From Vicinamibacterales bacterium (GTDB lineage Bacteria; Acidobacteriota; Vicinamibacteria; Vicinamibacterales; 2-12-FULL-66-21): DNA of 64,000 bases. The translations under genes were made by a program, and so were the position numbers. The stretch spans positions 578 to 64,577 of the forward strand of contig DASSPH010000030.1 in the NCBI GenBank assembly GCA_035699745.1, in the 5' to 3' direction. This document shows, piece after piece, positions 51,329 to 59,961 of this stretch; position 1 is the stretch's first letter; every line of letters starts with the position of its first letter. Below the pieces are notes generated by a model. That model did not search any database and was not told the DNA's origin. It saw nothing but the letters and a program-made list of their open reading frames with translations.

Positions 51329-53105
51329 GGCCGGACGCCTCCTCTCCGTCGACGAAACGCTGCGCCTGCAGGTCGAACATGGTGCGGTAGCGTCCGCCGA
51401 GGGCCATCAGCTCGTCGTGCGTGCCGAGCTCCGCCACGCGGCCGTGCTCGAGCACGCAGATGCGATCTGCATGACGCACGGTCGAGAACCGGTGCGAGAT
51501 CAGAATCGTGGTGCAGTGCCGCGTCGCGGTCAGCAGCCGATCGAAGATCTCCGCCTCGCCGCGGACGTCGAGCTGCGCGGTCGGCTCGTCGAGCAGGACG
51601 ACCCCGGCGCCCATCGAGACGGCGGCGAGCGCGCGCGCCAGCGCCACCCGCTGCCACTGTCCGCCCGACAGGTCGGTGCCGCCGTCGTACCCGCGCGCCA
51701 GCACCGTGTCCAGGGATGCGAGCCCGGAGGCGCCGGCGGATTCGAGCGCGGCGCGGACGACGGCGTCGGGGCCGCCGGCCGGCGCGACATTGTCGCGCAG
51801 CGGCAGCTCGAACCTGATGAAGTCCTGAAACACCGCCGTCACGCGCGACCGCCACCACGCGAGATCGAACTCGCGCAAATCGACGCCGTCGATCTCGATC
51901 GCCCCGGACACCGGGTCGTACAGCCGGCAGAGCAGCTTGGCGAGCGTCGTCTTTCCGGCGCCGTTCTGGCCGACGATCGCCAGCGAGGTTCCGGCCGGGA
52001 TCGTGAGGTCCAGCCCGTCGAGCACGAGCGATCCCGGCGAATAGCCGAACGCCACCTGCCGCACGCGGATCTCGCGCACCGGCGCCGACGCCGCGCGGCG
52101 GCTGCCGAGCGGCAGCGATCCGCCCGCCTGCATGGCCGGCCCGAGCCGCATCACCGCGCCGACCGGCGCGGCAGCACCATCGAGCGCCCAGCTGAATCCG
52201 CCGAACGCGATCATCGACACGCCGATCGCCGCCTGGACGTAGACGACGGTCTCGCCAAGGCCGATCCTCGCCGCCGCGGCGTCGGAGGCCAGCGCCCCGA
52301 AGACGAGGACGTTCGCCGACACGACGATCAGGGCGCTCCACAGCACCGGCCGCTCGCGCAGCCGCGTGGCGTCGTACTGCAACTGGTGCAGCCGCCGGCG
52401 GCGGACGACGAACCGGTCCACGATCCAGTCCGCGAGCCCGAACAGCCGCAGCTCCTTGCTCGCCGGCGGATCCACGGCGAGGCGATAGGCGTAGTCGGCA
52501 CCGCGCTGCGCGGCGCGCACCTCGCCGGTGTTGCGGTCGTGCCACACCGCGCTCTCGCGCAGCAGCCAGTGCGTCGCGAGCCAGGCGCCGGCGAGCACGA
52601 TCGGCGCCCACCACGCGTAGCCGACGAGAATCACGGCGCACGCCACGCCGCCGATCATCTCGACCATCCCGCTGGCGATGAAGTCCATCGAGAACGCGAG
52701 CGGCGGACCGGTCATGCCGAGATCGAAATCACGCGCCGCGGTGAGGTCGCTGGTGAGCGCCGGATCCTCGAGGTGGCGGATGCCGGGGGGACCGACGCAG
52801 GCGCGAGTGACGGTGTCGTACAGCCACGCCGCCGTGCGATCCCCCACGTTGGCGCTGAGCGCCTGGTGAATCGGGCCGAGCATCTGCAGCGTGACGAACA
52901 CCGCGCCGACCAGCGCGAGCGCCGGACCGGGCGGGGCCCCCTGCTGCACGGCGGAGACGAGCGCTCCCATCGCCACCGCGAACACCGCGGGCAGCGTGCC
53001 GCGCAGCAGCAGCGCGAGCCACCACGCCGCCGCCACCATGCCGCCGGCGCGCGACACCGCGGCGAACAGCGCGACTTCCTTGCGCCCGCGCCATCTCTCG
53101 GCCAC
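51312..53105 (-). CDS. ABC exporter, fused permease-ATPase (partner of the downstream gene).
   Basis: Walker A GQNGAGKTTL, signature LSGGQWQRVALARA, Walker B VVLLDEPTAQLD. The start is uncertain: I chose the GTG at 53105, and upstream in-frame starts would collide with the divergent GNAT gene. Confidence 0.85.
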   Translation of the reverse strand: MAERWRGRKEVALFAAVSRAGGMVAAAWWLALLLRGTLPAVFAVAMGALVSAVQQGAPPGPALALVGAVFVTLQMLGPIHQALSANVGDRTAAWLYDTVTRACVGPPGIRHLEDPALTSDLTAARDFDLGMTGPPLAFSMDFIASGMVEMIGGVACAVILVGYAWWAPIVLAGAWLATHWLLRESAVWHDRNTGEVRAAQRGADYAYRLAVDPPASKELRLFGLADWIVDRFVVRRRRLHQLQYDATRLRERPVLWSALIVVSANVLVFGALASDAAAARIGLGETVVYVQAAIGVSMIAFGGFSWALDGAAAPVGAVMRLGPAMQAGGSLPLGSRRAASAPVREIRVRQVAFGYSPGSLVLDGLDLTIPAGTSLAIVGQNGAGKTTLAKLLCRLYDPVSGAIEIDGVDLREFDLAWWRSRVTAVFQDFIRFELPLRDNVAPAGGPDAVVRAALESAGASGLASLDTVLARGYDGGTDLSGGQWQRVALARALAAVSMGAGVVLLDEPTAQLDVRGEAEIFDRLLTATRHCTTILISHRFSTVRHADRICVLEHGRVAELGTHDELMALGGRYRTMFDLQAQRFVDGEEASGLDSLT

Positions 53106-53184
53106 GGTCTGATTCTGGATCAGACACCGGTGCAGCGGGGACTTGGAGTGGTGAAGCTGCCGGGTTTCGCGGTACGCTGCCGCC

Positions 53185-53781
53185 ATGATCCACGCGCAGC
53201 CGGTCGTGCTCGAACGGGGCGGCATCCGCCTCGAGCCTCTCACCCCGGATCACCGCGACGCGCTCGCCGCGGCAGCCGCGGACGGGCGTCTCTGGGAGCT
53301 GTGGTACACGGCCGTGCCGCTGCCGCAGGACATGGGGCCGTACATCGATGCCGCGCTGCAGGCGCAGGCCGAGGGGCGCATGATCGCGTGGGTCGTACGC
53401 GACGCGATCACGGGCACGGTGATCGGCGCCACCCGCTACCACGACATCGTCCCGGCGCTGGATCGGGTGGAGATCGGCTACACGTGGTACGCGCAGAGCC
53501 GGCAGCGAAGCGGTGTCAACACCACCTGCAAGCTGCTGCTGCTGACCCATGCCTTCGAGACGCTCGGGTGCAAGGTGGTCGGGCTGCGAACCGACGGATT
53601 CAACTTTCGATCGCAGCGCGCGATCGAAGCGCTCGGGGCGAAGAAGGACGGCGTGATCCGCCACTTCGGCATCCGCAAGGACGGCTCGGCGCGGGATTCG
53701 GTGATGTACAGCATCCTCGCCACGGAATGGCCGGACGTGCGCCGTCACCTGGAGCTGCGGCTGGCACGGCACAGCGGGTAG
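53185..53781 (+). CDS. GNAT-family N-acetyltransferase (RimJ/RimL-like).
   Basis: LEPLTPDHRDALAAAAADGRLWE...EIGYTWYAQSRQRSGVNTTCKLLLLTHAFETLGCKVVGLRTDGFNFRSQRAIEALGA is the acetyl-CoA binding core pattern. Confidence 0.85.
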   Translation: MIHAQPVVLERGGIRLEPLTPDHRDALAAAAADGRLWELWYTAVPLPQDMGPYIDAALQAQAEGRMIAWVVRDAITGTVIGATRYHDIVPALDRVEIGYTWYAQSRQRSGVNTTCKLLLLTHAFETLGCKVVGLRTDGFNFRSQRAIEALGAKKDGVIRHFGIRKDGSARDSVMYSILATEWPDVRRHLELRLARHSG

Positions 53782-53782
53782 C

Positions 53783-53824
<42 letters not shown>

Positions 53825-53825
53825 C

Positions 53826-56087
53826 TCAGCGCGCGTGCAGGACGCTCAAGATATTCGAGAAGTCGTCGGTCCAGAGCGGCGTGCCCGGCCTGGGGGTGAG
53901 CGGCGACCAGCGCGGGTCGGCGGCGAGCGGCGCCAGGTCCGCGGGGTTGCGGGCCATCACGATCCAGTGCGAGTCGCTCTTGCCCTCGGGCTTGCGGGCG
54001 CCGCCGCGATCGATCTGCTGCAGCGCCGTGAGTCCGTGGCTCTCGGCGAGCCGGGCGACGATCGGGCCGAGCGTCAGATGACGGTTGGAGATGTGCATCA
54101 CCAGCAGCCCGTCGGGGACGAGCCGCGAGAGATACAGCGCCACCGCCTCGCGCGTCATCAGATGGATCGGGATCGAATCGGAGCTGAACGCGTCGAGCAC
54201 CAGCACGTCGTAGCTGCGCTCCGGCACCCGGTTCAGCGAGATGCGGGCATCCCCGATCACGACGGGGCAGCGCGCGCCGCAGGCCTCCAGGAACGTGAAC
54301 TGCTCGCGGGTCCGGGCGATGCGCTCGATCGCCGGGTCGATCTCGAAGAACGTCCAGCGCTGCGCCGGTGTCGCGTAGCTGGCGAGCGTGCCGACGCCCA
54401 GGCCGACGACGGCGACGTCGCGCGCGCGCGCGGCGCGCGGCAGCGCCGCCCAGGCCTGGCCGAACGGGCCGGTGCGATGGAAGTAGGTCAGCGCCTCGTT
54501 GCGCCGCTCCGGCGCCAGCGCCTGCAGCCCGTGCAGCGTCGTTCCGTGGGCGAGCGCATGATAGCGCCCCTGCAGATCCTCGCTGACGCGATACACGCCG
54601 AAGAACGTCCGGGTCGCATAGAGCACGCGCTCGCCGGCGTTGTCGAAGGCGAGGCTCGCGGCCATCAGCGCCGCGACGCACCAGCCGAAGCGGTGCGCCT
54701 CGCGCCGCTGCGCAAACGTCAGGATGGCGGGGAGTGACAGCGCCGCGAGCTGCACCGCGAGCGGCGCCCCCTTCGACGCGCCGACGATCAGAATCCCCGC
54801 CGTCAGGCCTCCCACGGCCAGCGGCAGCACGACGTCGGCGGCGCTGCCTTTCCACGCGGCGGCCTCTCGAGTCCTGAACAGCAGGCACGCCGCGGCGACG
54901 ACGAGCGGGTACTCGACGATGCTGTTGAAGAGCACCGGGGCGGCGAGGGTGTTGAACAGCCCGCCGAGCATGCCGCCGAACGAGATCCAGAAATAGAACT
55001 CGGTCAGCCGCGACGCCTCCGGACGATCCTTGGCGAGGCTCGCATGGCAGCTCAGCGCGATGGCGGCGAACGCGCCCAGGTGGATCAGCAGGATCGCCGT
55101 CAGCGGCGCGCGCAGCTTGGCGATCATGACGAGCGCGAGCGGCACGACGAGCAGCGGCACGGCCCGGGCGGCAATCGCGTCCGCCGCGGCGCCGCGCTTG
55201 CCGAACGCGAGCGAGAACGTCAGCAGGTAGAGCGACAGCGGCACGATCCACAGCAGCGGCACCGCCGCGATGTCGGTCGAGACGTAGCTCGTCACCGCGA
55301 GCATCAGGCTCGACGGCACGAACGCGAGCGCCATCCAGCGCGCTCGCCGCGGCCACGACAAGGGCGGTGCAGCCCGGACGGGTTCCTCCACGCGCTGCGC
55401 GATCGCGTGCGGCGCCATCCGCCACCAGGCGACGGCGCCGCAGCCGGCGGCGAGGGCGACGAACCCGGCGTAGCCGAACGCCCACAACCGTGCCTGCGCG
55501 TGCAGCGTCAGCACCGGCTCGACCACGGTCGGATACGACGCCAGCGCGAGCAGGCAGCCGAGATTGCTCGCCGAGTACAGGAAATAGGGATCGCGCGCCG
55601 ACGGGTGATCGGTGCGCGAGAGCCAGTGCTGGAAGACGGACGCGCTCGTCGACAGCACGAAGAACGGCAATCCGATCGTCGCCGAGAGGAGAAGCAGCAG
55701 CCAGGCGAGCGGATTGCCGTCCGGCGGCGCCGACGTGCCGCTCCCGATGGCGAAGGGCAGCACCGCGGCCGGCACGAGCAGCAGCACGCCGTGCACCAGC
55801 ACGTGGCGCCTGAGCGGCACCCAGCGCGACGTGCCGAACGCGTAGCCGTAGCCGGCCAGCATCACGATCTGAAAGAAGACGACGCAGCCGTTCCACACCA
55901 TCGGCACGCCGCCGAGGATCGGCAGGACCATGCGCGCCGCCATCGGCTCGACCATGAACAGGAGAAAGCCGCTCAGGAACATCGCGGCGGCGAAGATGGG
56001 AACGACGAGCGTACCGGCGGCCGCGACGTGGCGCGCCTGCGGCGCGGCGGCGGCGTGCGCGCGCCCGGGAAGAGCCTGCTCCATCAT
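53826..56087 (-). CDS. Fused polytopic membrane domain + spermidine-synthase-like (class I methyltransferase fold) protein.
   Basis: The N-terminal ~480 aa are highly hydrophobic with many TM segments. The C-terminal ~270 aa carry VAVVGLGVGTLASY...YDVLVLDAFSSDSIPIHLMTREA, the aminopropyltransferase pattern. I chose ATG 56087 (GGGAGG 9 nt upstream) over TTG 56111. Confidence 0.85.
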   Translation of the reverse strand: MMEQALPGRAHAAAAPQARHVAAAGTLVVPIFAAAMFLSGFLLFMVEPMAARMVLPILGGVPMVWNGCVVFFQIVMLAGYGYAFGTSRWVPLRRHVLVHGVLLLVPAAVLPFAIGSGTSAPPDGNPLAWLLLLLSATIGLPFFVLSTSASVFQHWLSRTDHPSARDPYFLYSASNLGCLLALASYPTVVEPVLTLHAQARLWAFGYAGFVALAAGCGAVAWWRMAPHAIAQRVEEPVRAAPPLSWPRRARWMALAFVPSSLMLAVTSYVSTDIAAVPLLWIVPLSLYLLTFSLAFGKRGAAADAIAARAVPLLVVPLALVMIAKLRAPLTAILLIHLGAFAAIALSCHASLAKDRPEASRLTEFYFWISFGGMLGGLFNTLAAPVLFNSIVEYPLVVAAACLLFRTREAAAWKGSAADVVLPLAVGGLTAGILIVGASKGAPLAVQLAALSLPAILTFAQRREAHRFGWCVAALMAASLAFDNAGERVLYATRTFFGVYRVSEDLQGRYHALAHGTTLHGLQALAPERRNEALTYFHRTGPFGQAWAALPRAARARDVAVVGLGVGTLASYATPAQRWTFFEIDPAIERIARTREQFTFLEACGARCPVVIGDARISLNRVPERSYDVLVLDAFSSDSIPIHLMTREAVALYLSRLVPDGLLVMHISNRHLTLGPIVARLAESHGLTALQQIDRGGARKPEGKSDSHWIVMARNPADLAPLAADPRWSPLTPRPGTPLWTDDFSNILSVLHAR

Positions 56088-56207
56088 GAAGTCAGGCCTC
56101 CCGGGCTGCAAAGGGAATGCCCCGGGAATGGGCGGAAAAGGCCCGTATTTGCCGGCGAATCGCTTACAAATCCGTCAGCCGATCACCAAATCACCGGATC
56201 GCCCCGC

Positions 56208-57056
56208 TCAGCGACCCAGCTTCTTCCAGTTCGCGAGGCAGCGCTGCACCATCGGCAGTTCGCCGTCCTGCTGCGCACCGGTTTCCTGTTCGATCAGGTA
56301 GTACTCGACGCCGCCCGTCTTCTCGAGCGCGTCGAGCAGCGGTTTCCACGGGGCGGTCCCTTCGCCGAAGGCGACGTTGTAACCGCGATCGGGCGCCCAG
56401 TCCTTGCAGTGCGCGCTCTTGATCCGTCCGGGGTGCGCGTTGATCCAGGCGATCGGGTCGGCGCCCGCTTCGAGGCACGTCCCGACGTCGAACTGCAGCA
56501 CGACGTCGCCGGGTGTGTTCGCCGCGAGGATGTCCATCGGCCGCTGTCCGTCCACCGGCTTCCACTCGATCGCATGGTTGTGGAACCCGGTCGCCATCCC
56601 GGCCGCCTTGAGCTGCGCCGAGGCCTGCGAGAGCTGCCCGGCGAATGCCTTCCACTCGTCCGCGGTCTTGGCCGGCGAGCTGGCGATGATGATGTACTTG
56701 CTGCCGATGATCTGGTTCAGCTCGATCGCTTTCTGCAGGCCGTCGGCGGTCAGCGACTGGACGCCGTTGTGCGTCGACGGGCATTTCAGACCGTTGTCGT
56801 CGAGGACCTTGCGGACCTCTTTCGCCCGATCCGGCGTCCACTGCATGTAGGGCGCGTAGAACTCGACGACCTGATAGCCCATCTTGCCGACGGCCGCCAC
56901 CGTGCCGAGCAGATCTTTCGCCAGCTCGCCGCGAACCGAATACAGCTCGAGGCCGACGGGGATCTTCTTCTGGCCGTGCAGCGCCGCCGAGAACGCGAAC
57001 GGGGCGGCAGCCGACATGGAGAGGAAAGCGCGGCGGGAGAGGTCGCGGGTGCTCAT
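56208..57056 (-). CDS. Tat-exported sugar phosphate isomerase/epimerase (xylose-isomerase-like TIM barrel).
   Basis: The Tat signal is MSTRDLSRRAFLSMSAAAPFAF. GLELYSVR...GYQVVEFY...GFHNH..E...FDVGT match the AP-endonuclease-2/XylI-like barrel pattern. Confidence 0.8.
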   Translation of the reverse strand: MSTRDLSRRAFLSMSAAAPFAFSAALHGQKKIPVGLELYSVRGELAKDLLGTVAAVGKMGYQVVEFYAPYMQWTPDRAKEVRKVLDDNGLKCPSTHNGVQSLTADGLQKAIELNQIIGSKYIIIASSPAKTADEWKAFAGQLSQASAQLKAAGMATGFHNHAIEWKPVDGQRPMDILAANTPGDVVLQFDVGTCLEAGADPIAWINAHPGRIKSAHCKDWAPDRGYNVAFGEGTAPWKPLLDALEKTGGVEYYLIEQETGAQQDGELPMVQRCLANWKKLGR

Positions 57057-57093
57057 GTGCGCACGGTACCGCATAATGCCGGTGAGGTTCCAG

Positions 57094-57585
57094 ATGGAAA
57101 TGGTGAGCGTGCCCGAGTCGTCGCTGGTGGCGGTGTTCCGGTTGATCCTCGCGGCGCTGTTCGGGGCGGCCGTCGGCATCAACCGTGAACTGCGCGCCAA
57201 GCCGGCGGGCCTGCGCACGCACGCCCTGGTCTCGCTCGGCGCGGCGCTGCTCACGCTGATCGGTCTGGCGCTGACCAACGCCGGCGATCCGGAAGGGTTC
57301 GGCGCCGCCAGCCGCGTGCTGCAGGGGCTCGTCGCCGGCGTCGGCTTCATCGGCGGCGGCGTCATTCTCCGGCGGGAAGAGTCGAACGAGGTGCACGGCC
57401 TCAGTACCGCCGCCTCGATCTGGATCGTCGCCGCGATTGGCGTGGCCGCCGGCTGCGGGCTGTGGATGACGTCGGGCGCCGCGGTGCTCCTCGCGCTGGG
57501 CATCCTGGCGCTCGGCGAGCCGCTCGACCGGCTGCTGCGGCGCAGAAAGAAAGCGGAACCGCCGAACGTGAACGCCGGCGGGTAG
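57094..57585 (+). CDS. mgtC: MgtC/SapB-family membrane protein.
   Basis: LILAALFGAAVGINRELRAKPAGLRTHALVSLGAAL...GVGFIGGGVIL...GLSTAASIWIVAAIGVAAG is the MgtC pattern. The start could be 57076, 57094 or 57100. Confidence 0.85.
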   Translation: MEMVSVPESSLVAVFRLILAALFGAAVGINRELRAKPAGLRTHALVSLGAALLTLIGLALTNAGDPEGFGAASRVLQGLVAGVGFIGGGVILRREESNEVHGLSTAASIWIVAAIGVAAGCGLWMTSGAAVLLALGILALGEPLDRLLRRRKKAEPPNVNAGG

Positions 57586-57608
57586 CGGCCCGCCGCGCGG
57601 CGTGCTGC

Positions 57609-58451
57609 CTAGGAGCGCGCGGCGTCGAACCGCGCCGCCATCGGCGCGAACGCCGGCGTCGGACCGCGCCAGCGCAGCTCCTCGACCGATTCGAAGAGCG
57701 GCACGTCGGTGCGCAGCGTGGCGAGCGTGCGGAACAGAAAGGCGCGGTCGCGCTCGCGCAGCCAGGTCTTCGCGAGCCCGGCGGGATTCGCCACGTTCGC
57801 CTGCCAGACGCGCCAGTCCTCGGGAATCGCGTCGAGATGACCGAAGCGCGCCAGAACCGCGGCGGTCGACTTCGGTCCCCACCCCTGCAGCCCCGGGTAT
57901 CCGTCCGCGGCGTCGCCGACCAGCGCGAGGTAATCCGGGATCGACGCCGGCGGCACGCCGAACCTGGCGACGACGCCCGCTTCGTCGATCGTCGCGCGCG
58001 AGCGCCGGTTCAACTGCACGACGCGCGTGCCGCGCACGCACTGCGCCAGGTCCTTGTCCGGCGTGCAGATGATCACCCGATCCACCGACGGGTCCGCCGC
58101 CGCCCGCGCCGCGCCCGCCGCCAGCGCATCGTCCGCCTCGAATTCCACCATCGGCCACACCACCACGCCGAGGGCCGACAGCGCGTCTTCGAGGAGCGGG
58201 AACTGGGCGAGCAGATCGGGGTCAATGCCGGCGCCGGTCTTGTAGCCGGGCCAGAGATCGTTGCGGAACGATTCGATGACGTGGTCGGTGGCGACGGCGA
58301 CATGCGTCGCGCCGCCGTTGATCATTCCCAGGACGGAAGCGACGACACCGCGGACGGCGGCGACCTCGCGGCCGTCGCCGTCCCGGGCGGATGGCAGTGC
58401 GTAGTAGTGACGGAACAGCTCGTAGGTTCCGTCGACGAGATGAACGTCCAG
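57609..58451 (-). CDS. 5'-3' exonuclease / flap endonuclease (Pol I 5'-nuclease family), with a probable non-canonical CTG start.
   Basis: The ORF from ATG 58325 encodes ...WPGYKTGAG...EADDALA...ICTPDKDLAQCV...IPDYLALVGDAADGYPGLQGWGPKSTAAVL (H3TH). The in-frame upstream sequence LDVHLVDGTYELFRHYYALPSARDGDGREVAAVRGVVASVLG carries the conserved N-terminal active-site segment but has no ATG/GTG/TTG. The only near-cognate codon is CTG at 58451-58449. Confidence 0.7.
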   Translation of the reverse strand: MDVHLVDGTYELFRHYYALPSARDGDGREVAAVRGVVASVLGMINGGATHVAVATDHVIESFRNDLWPGYKTGAGIDPDLLAQFPLLEDALSALGVVVWPMVEFEADDALAAGAARAAADPSVDRVIICTPDKDLAQCVRGTRVVQLNRRSRATIDEAGVVARFGVPPASIPDYLALVGDAADGYPGLQGWGPKSTAAVLARFGHLDAIPEDWRVWQANVANPAGLAKTWLRERDRAFLFRTLATLRTDVPLFESVEELRWRGPTPAFAPMAARFDAARS

Positions 58452-58453
58452 CG

Positions 58454-59008
58454 CTACTTCTTCTCTTTGATGCCGAGTTCTTTCAGCTTGGCGACCACGT
58501 TGGCGCCGGCGTCCTTGGTGCCGGGGGCCTTCTCGATGTGGAGGATGGTGCCGTCCGGACCGATGTAGAAGGTCCAGCGCTGCGCGGAGCGGGGCGCATC
58601 CGGCTGCGCGACGCTCGGAGCGCGGAGCACGCCGTAGCTCTCGGCGACCTTGCGGGACGGGTCGCTGAGGATGGGGAAGTCGGCTTTCTCCTTTTCGGCG
58701 AACGCCTTGTTGTCCTCGGGCGTGTCGACGCTGATCATGTAGTACGCGACGTCGAACTGCCGGATTTGATCCCCGCTCTCACGGAGCGAGTTGCATTCGG
58801 CCGTTCAACCACCGGTGAACGCTTTCGGGAACCAGGCGAGGACGACCGCCTTGCCCTTGTGGGCCGAGAGCGAGTGCGTCCTGCCGTCCGAACCCGGCAG
58901 CGAGAAGTCGGGGGCCTTGTCGCCCACCTTGAGTTCCTGCGCCATTGCGAGTGTTCCTGTCAGGCCTGCGGCACACACGAGCACCGCCACCCGGACCCAT
59001 CGGGCCAT
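58454..59008 (-). CDS. Secreted Bcp/PrxQ-type peroxiredoxin with an in-frame TGA (probable selenocysteine) at the peroxidatic position.
   Basis: Two same-frame ORFs are joined by the TGA at 58807-58805. They are ...[67 protein letters not shown] and [38 protein letters not shown].... The gap reads [22 protein letters not shown]. The joined site [14 protein letters not shown] aligns with E. coli Bcp FYPKAMTPGCTVQAC. ATG 59008 has AAGGAG 6 nt upstream. Confidence 0.7.
58772..58790 (-). promoter_or_regulatory. SECIS-like hairpin downstream of the in-frame UGA.
   Basis: Minus-strand RNA CUCGCUC-CGUGA-GAGCGGG forms a 7-bp stem (one G.U) with a 5-nt loop containing GU. The stem begins 14 nt after the UGA. 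Confidence 0.5.
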
Positions 59009-59145
59009 TCCGGCTCCTTTCATGACGAGCCAACGATAGCACGGCCGGTGCTCCTCACCAGTCCGTGGGTGCCGCAAGTGGGAGAGCGTCGGAAGGGCGA
59101 AGCCGCTCGGGTGAATGCACACGAGCGAGAGAGCGTGGAGGGGAG

Positions 59146-59168
59146 TCCGAGGGGCGAAGCCCCTCGGA
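59146..59168. repeat. Perfect 10-bp hairpin with a GAA loop (REP-like), with a degenerate copy at ~59091-59111.
   Basis: TCCGAGGGGC-GAA-GCCCCTCGGA. The upstream copy CGGAAGGGC-GAA-GCCGCTCGG shares the GGGCGAAGCC core and a flanking GAGAGCGT motif. Confidence 0.6.
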
Positions 59169-59186
59169 TGAGAAAAGCGCGGGGGG

Positions 59187-59291
59187 AAGTAGACAGCAGG
59201 GGATTCGTCGTCAAGCCAGCGCTGCGAGCTGAAGGAGAGCGGTCCCGCCCGGAGGTGACGCGACCACACGCCTGACGCCTGCTGTCTACTT
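59187..59291. repeat. 14-bp perfect inverted repeat enclosing 77 nt in an intergenic region.
   Basis: AAGTAGACAGCAGG (59187-59200) pairs with CCTGCTGTCTACTT (59278-59291). An inner CGTCA/TGACG-type pairing is possible. Confidence 0.6.
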
Positions 59292-59302
59292 GCCTCCGCG
59301 CT

Positions 59303-59539
59303 CTACATCTTTTCGATCAACCGGCCCCAGCGATACGCGTAGAGGTATTCGCTGCGGCAGTTGGGGCAGAGGAACGAGCCGACCCAGGAACCCGCGCGCC
59401 GATTCTGCTCGACGCACTCGAGGCCGTACGTACAGTGTGCGCACGTCAGCGCGCGACCGTGCGGGTACGCGCCGGCGTGCACTTCCGAAGCCTGAACCGC
59501 TCCGGACAGCGACCCGATTGAGCTGTGGGCCCTGGGCAT
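59303..59539 (-). CDS. Small zinc-ribbon protein (78 aa).
   Basis: Two CxxC pairs: CAHCTYGLEC...(18 aa)...CPNCRSEY. The start is uncertain because GGAGG abuts the ATG directly. Confidence 0.45.
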   Translation of the reverse strand: MPRAHSSIGSLSGAVQASEVHAGAYPHGRALTCAHCTYGLECVEQNRRAGSWVGSFLCPNCRSEYLYAYRWGRLIEKM

Positions 59540-59680
59540 CCTCCGAAAATGGAGCAACCCCCGTGCCGTGTGGGCCCTCGCGAAAACAGGCCTGAAATCG
59601 ACGATTCCGGCCTGACCGTCCTCCCCTCGCGCAGCCAAGCCGTTGGCCGGTAGCCAACAGCTTGGCCGGTGCTGGGGGCG

Positions 59681-59830
59681 CTACACCGTGCGGCGGCCGC
59701 TGACCAGACCGACGATGAAGAGCACGATCGCGATCACGAGCAGCACATAGATGAAGTTGCCGAGCGTGTAGCCGCTGACCAGTCCGAGCAGCCACAGCAC
59801 CAGCAGGATCACCGCAATCGTAAACAGCAT
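59681..59830 (-). CDS. lmo0937-family small membrane protein (49 aa).
   Basis: MLFTIAVILLVLWLLGLVSGYTLGNFIYVLLVIAIVLFIVGLVSGRR is the stereotyped two-TM pattern. AGGAGG sits 7 nt upstream of ATG 59830. Confidence 0.75.
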   Translation of the reverse strand: MLFTIAVILLVLWLLGLVSGYTLGNFIYVLLVIAIVLFIVGLVSGRRTV

Positions 59831-59961
59831 CGTTTCCCTCCTGGCGCCGATTACAGCACAGGGCGTGCCCACCGCGAGACCGCTGCCGCCTCTTCCATAA
59901 GAGCGGATCCGCCCCGTTTGTGAGTCGCCCGCTACGTACTGATGGTTTAGGATGAGGCTCC

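Noticed and set aside
59187-59295. The ~105-nt hairpin-closed element considered as 4.5S/SRP RNA or tRNA-Sec (it starts GGAAG... like E. coli selC and sits next to the putative selenoprotein).
   Set aside because: It has no GGAA tetraloop/GGAAGCAGC domain-IV motif for SRP RNA. It has no T-loop (GGUUCGAnUCC), no anticodon arm with UCA and no CCA-proximal discriminator geometry. The 14-bp continuous closing stem is too long for a tRNA acceptor stem.
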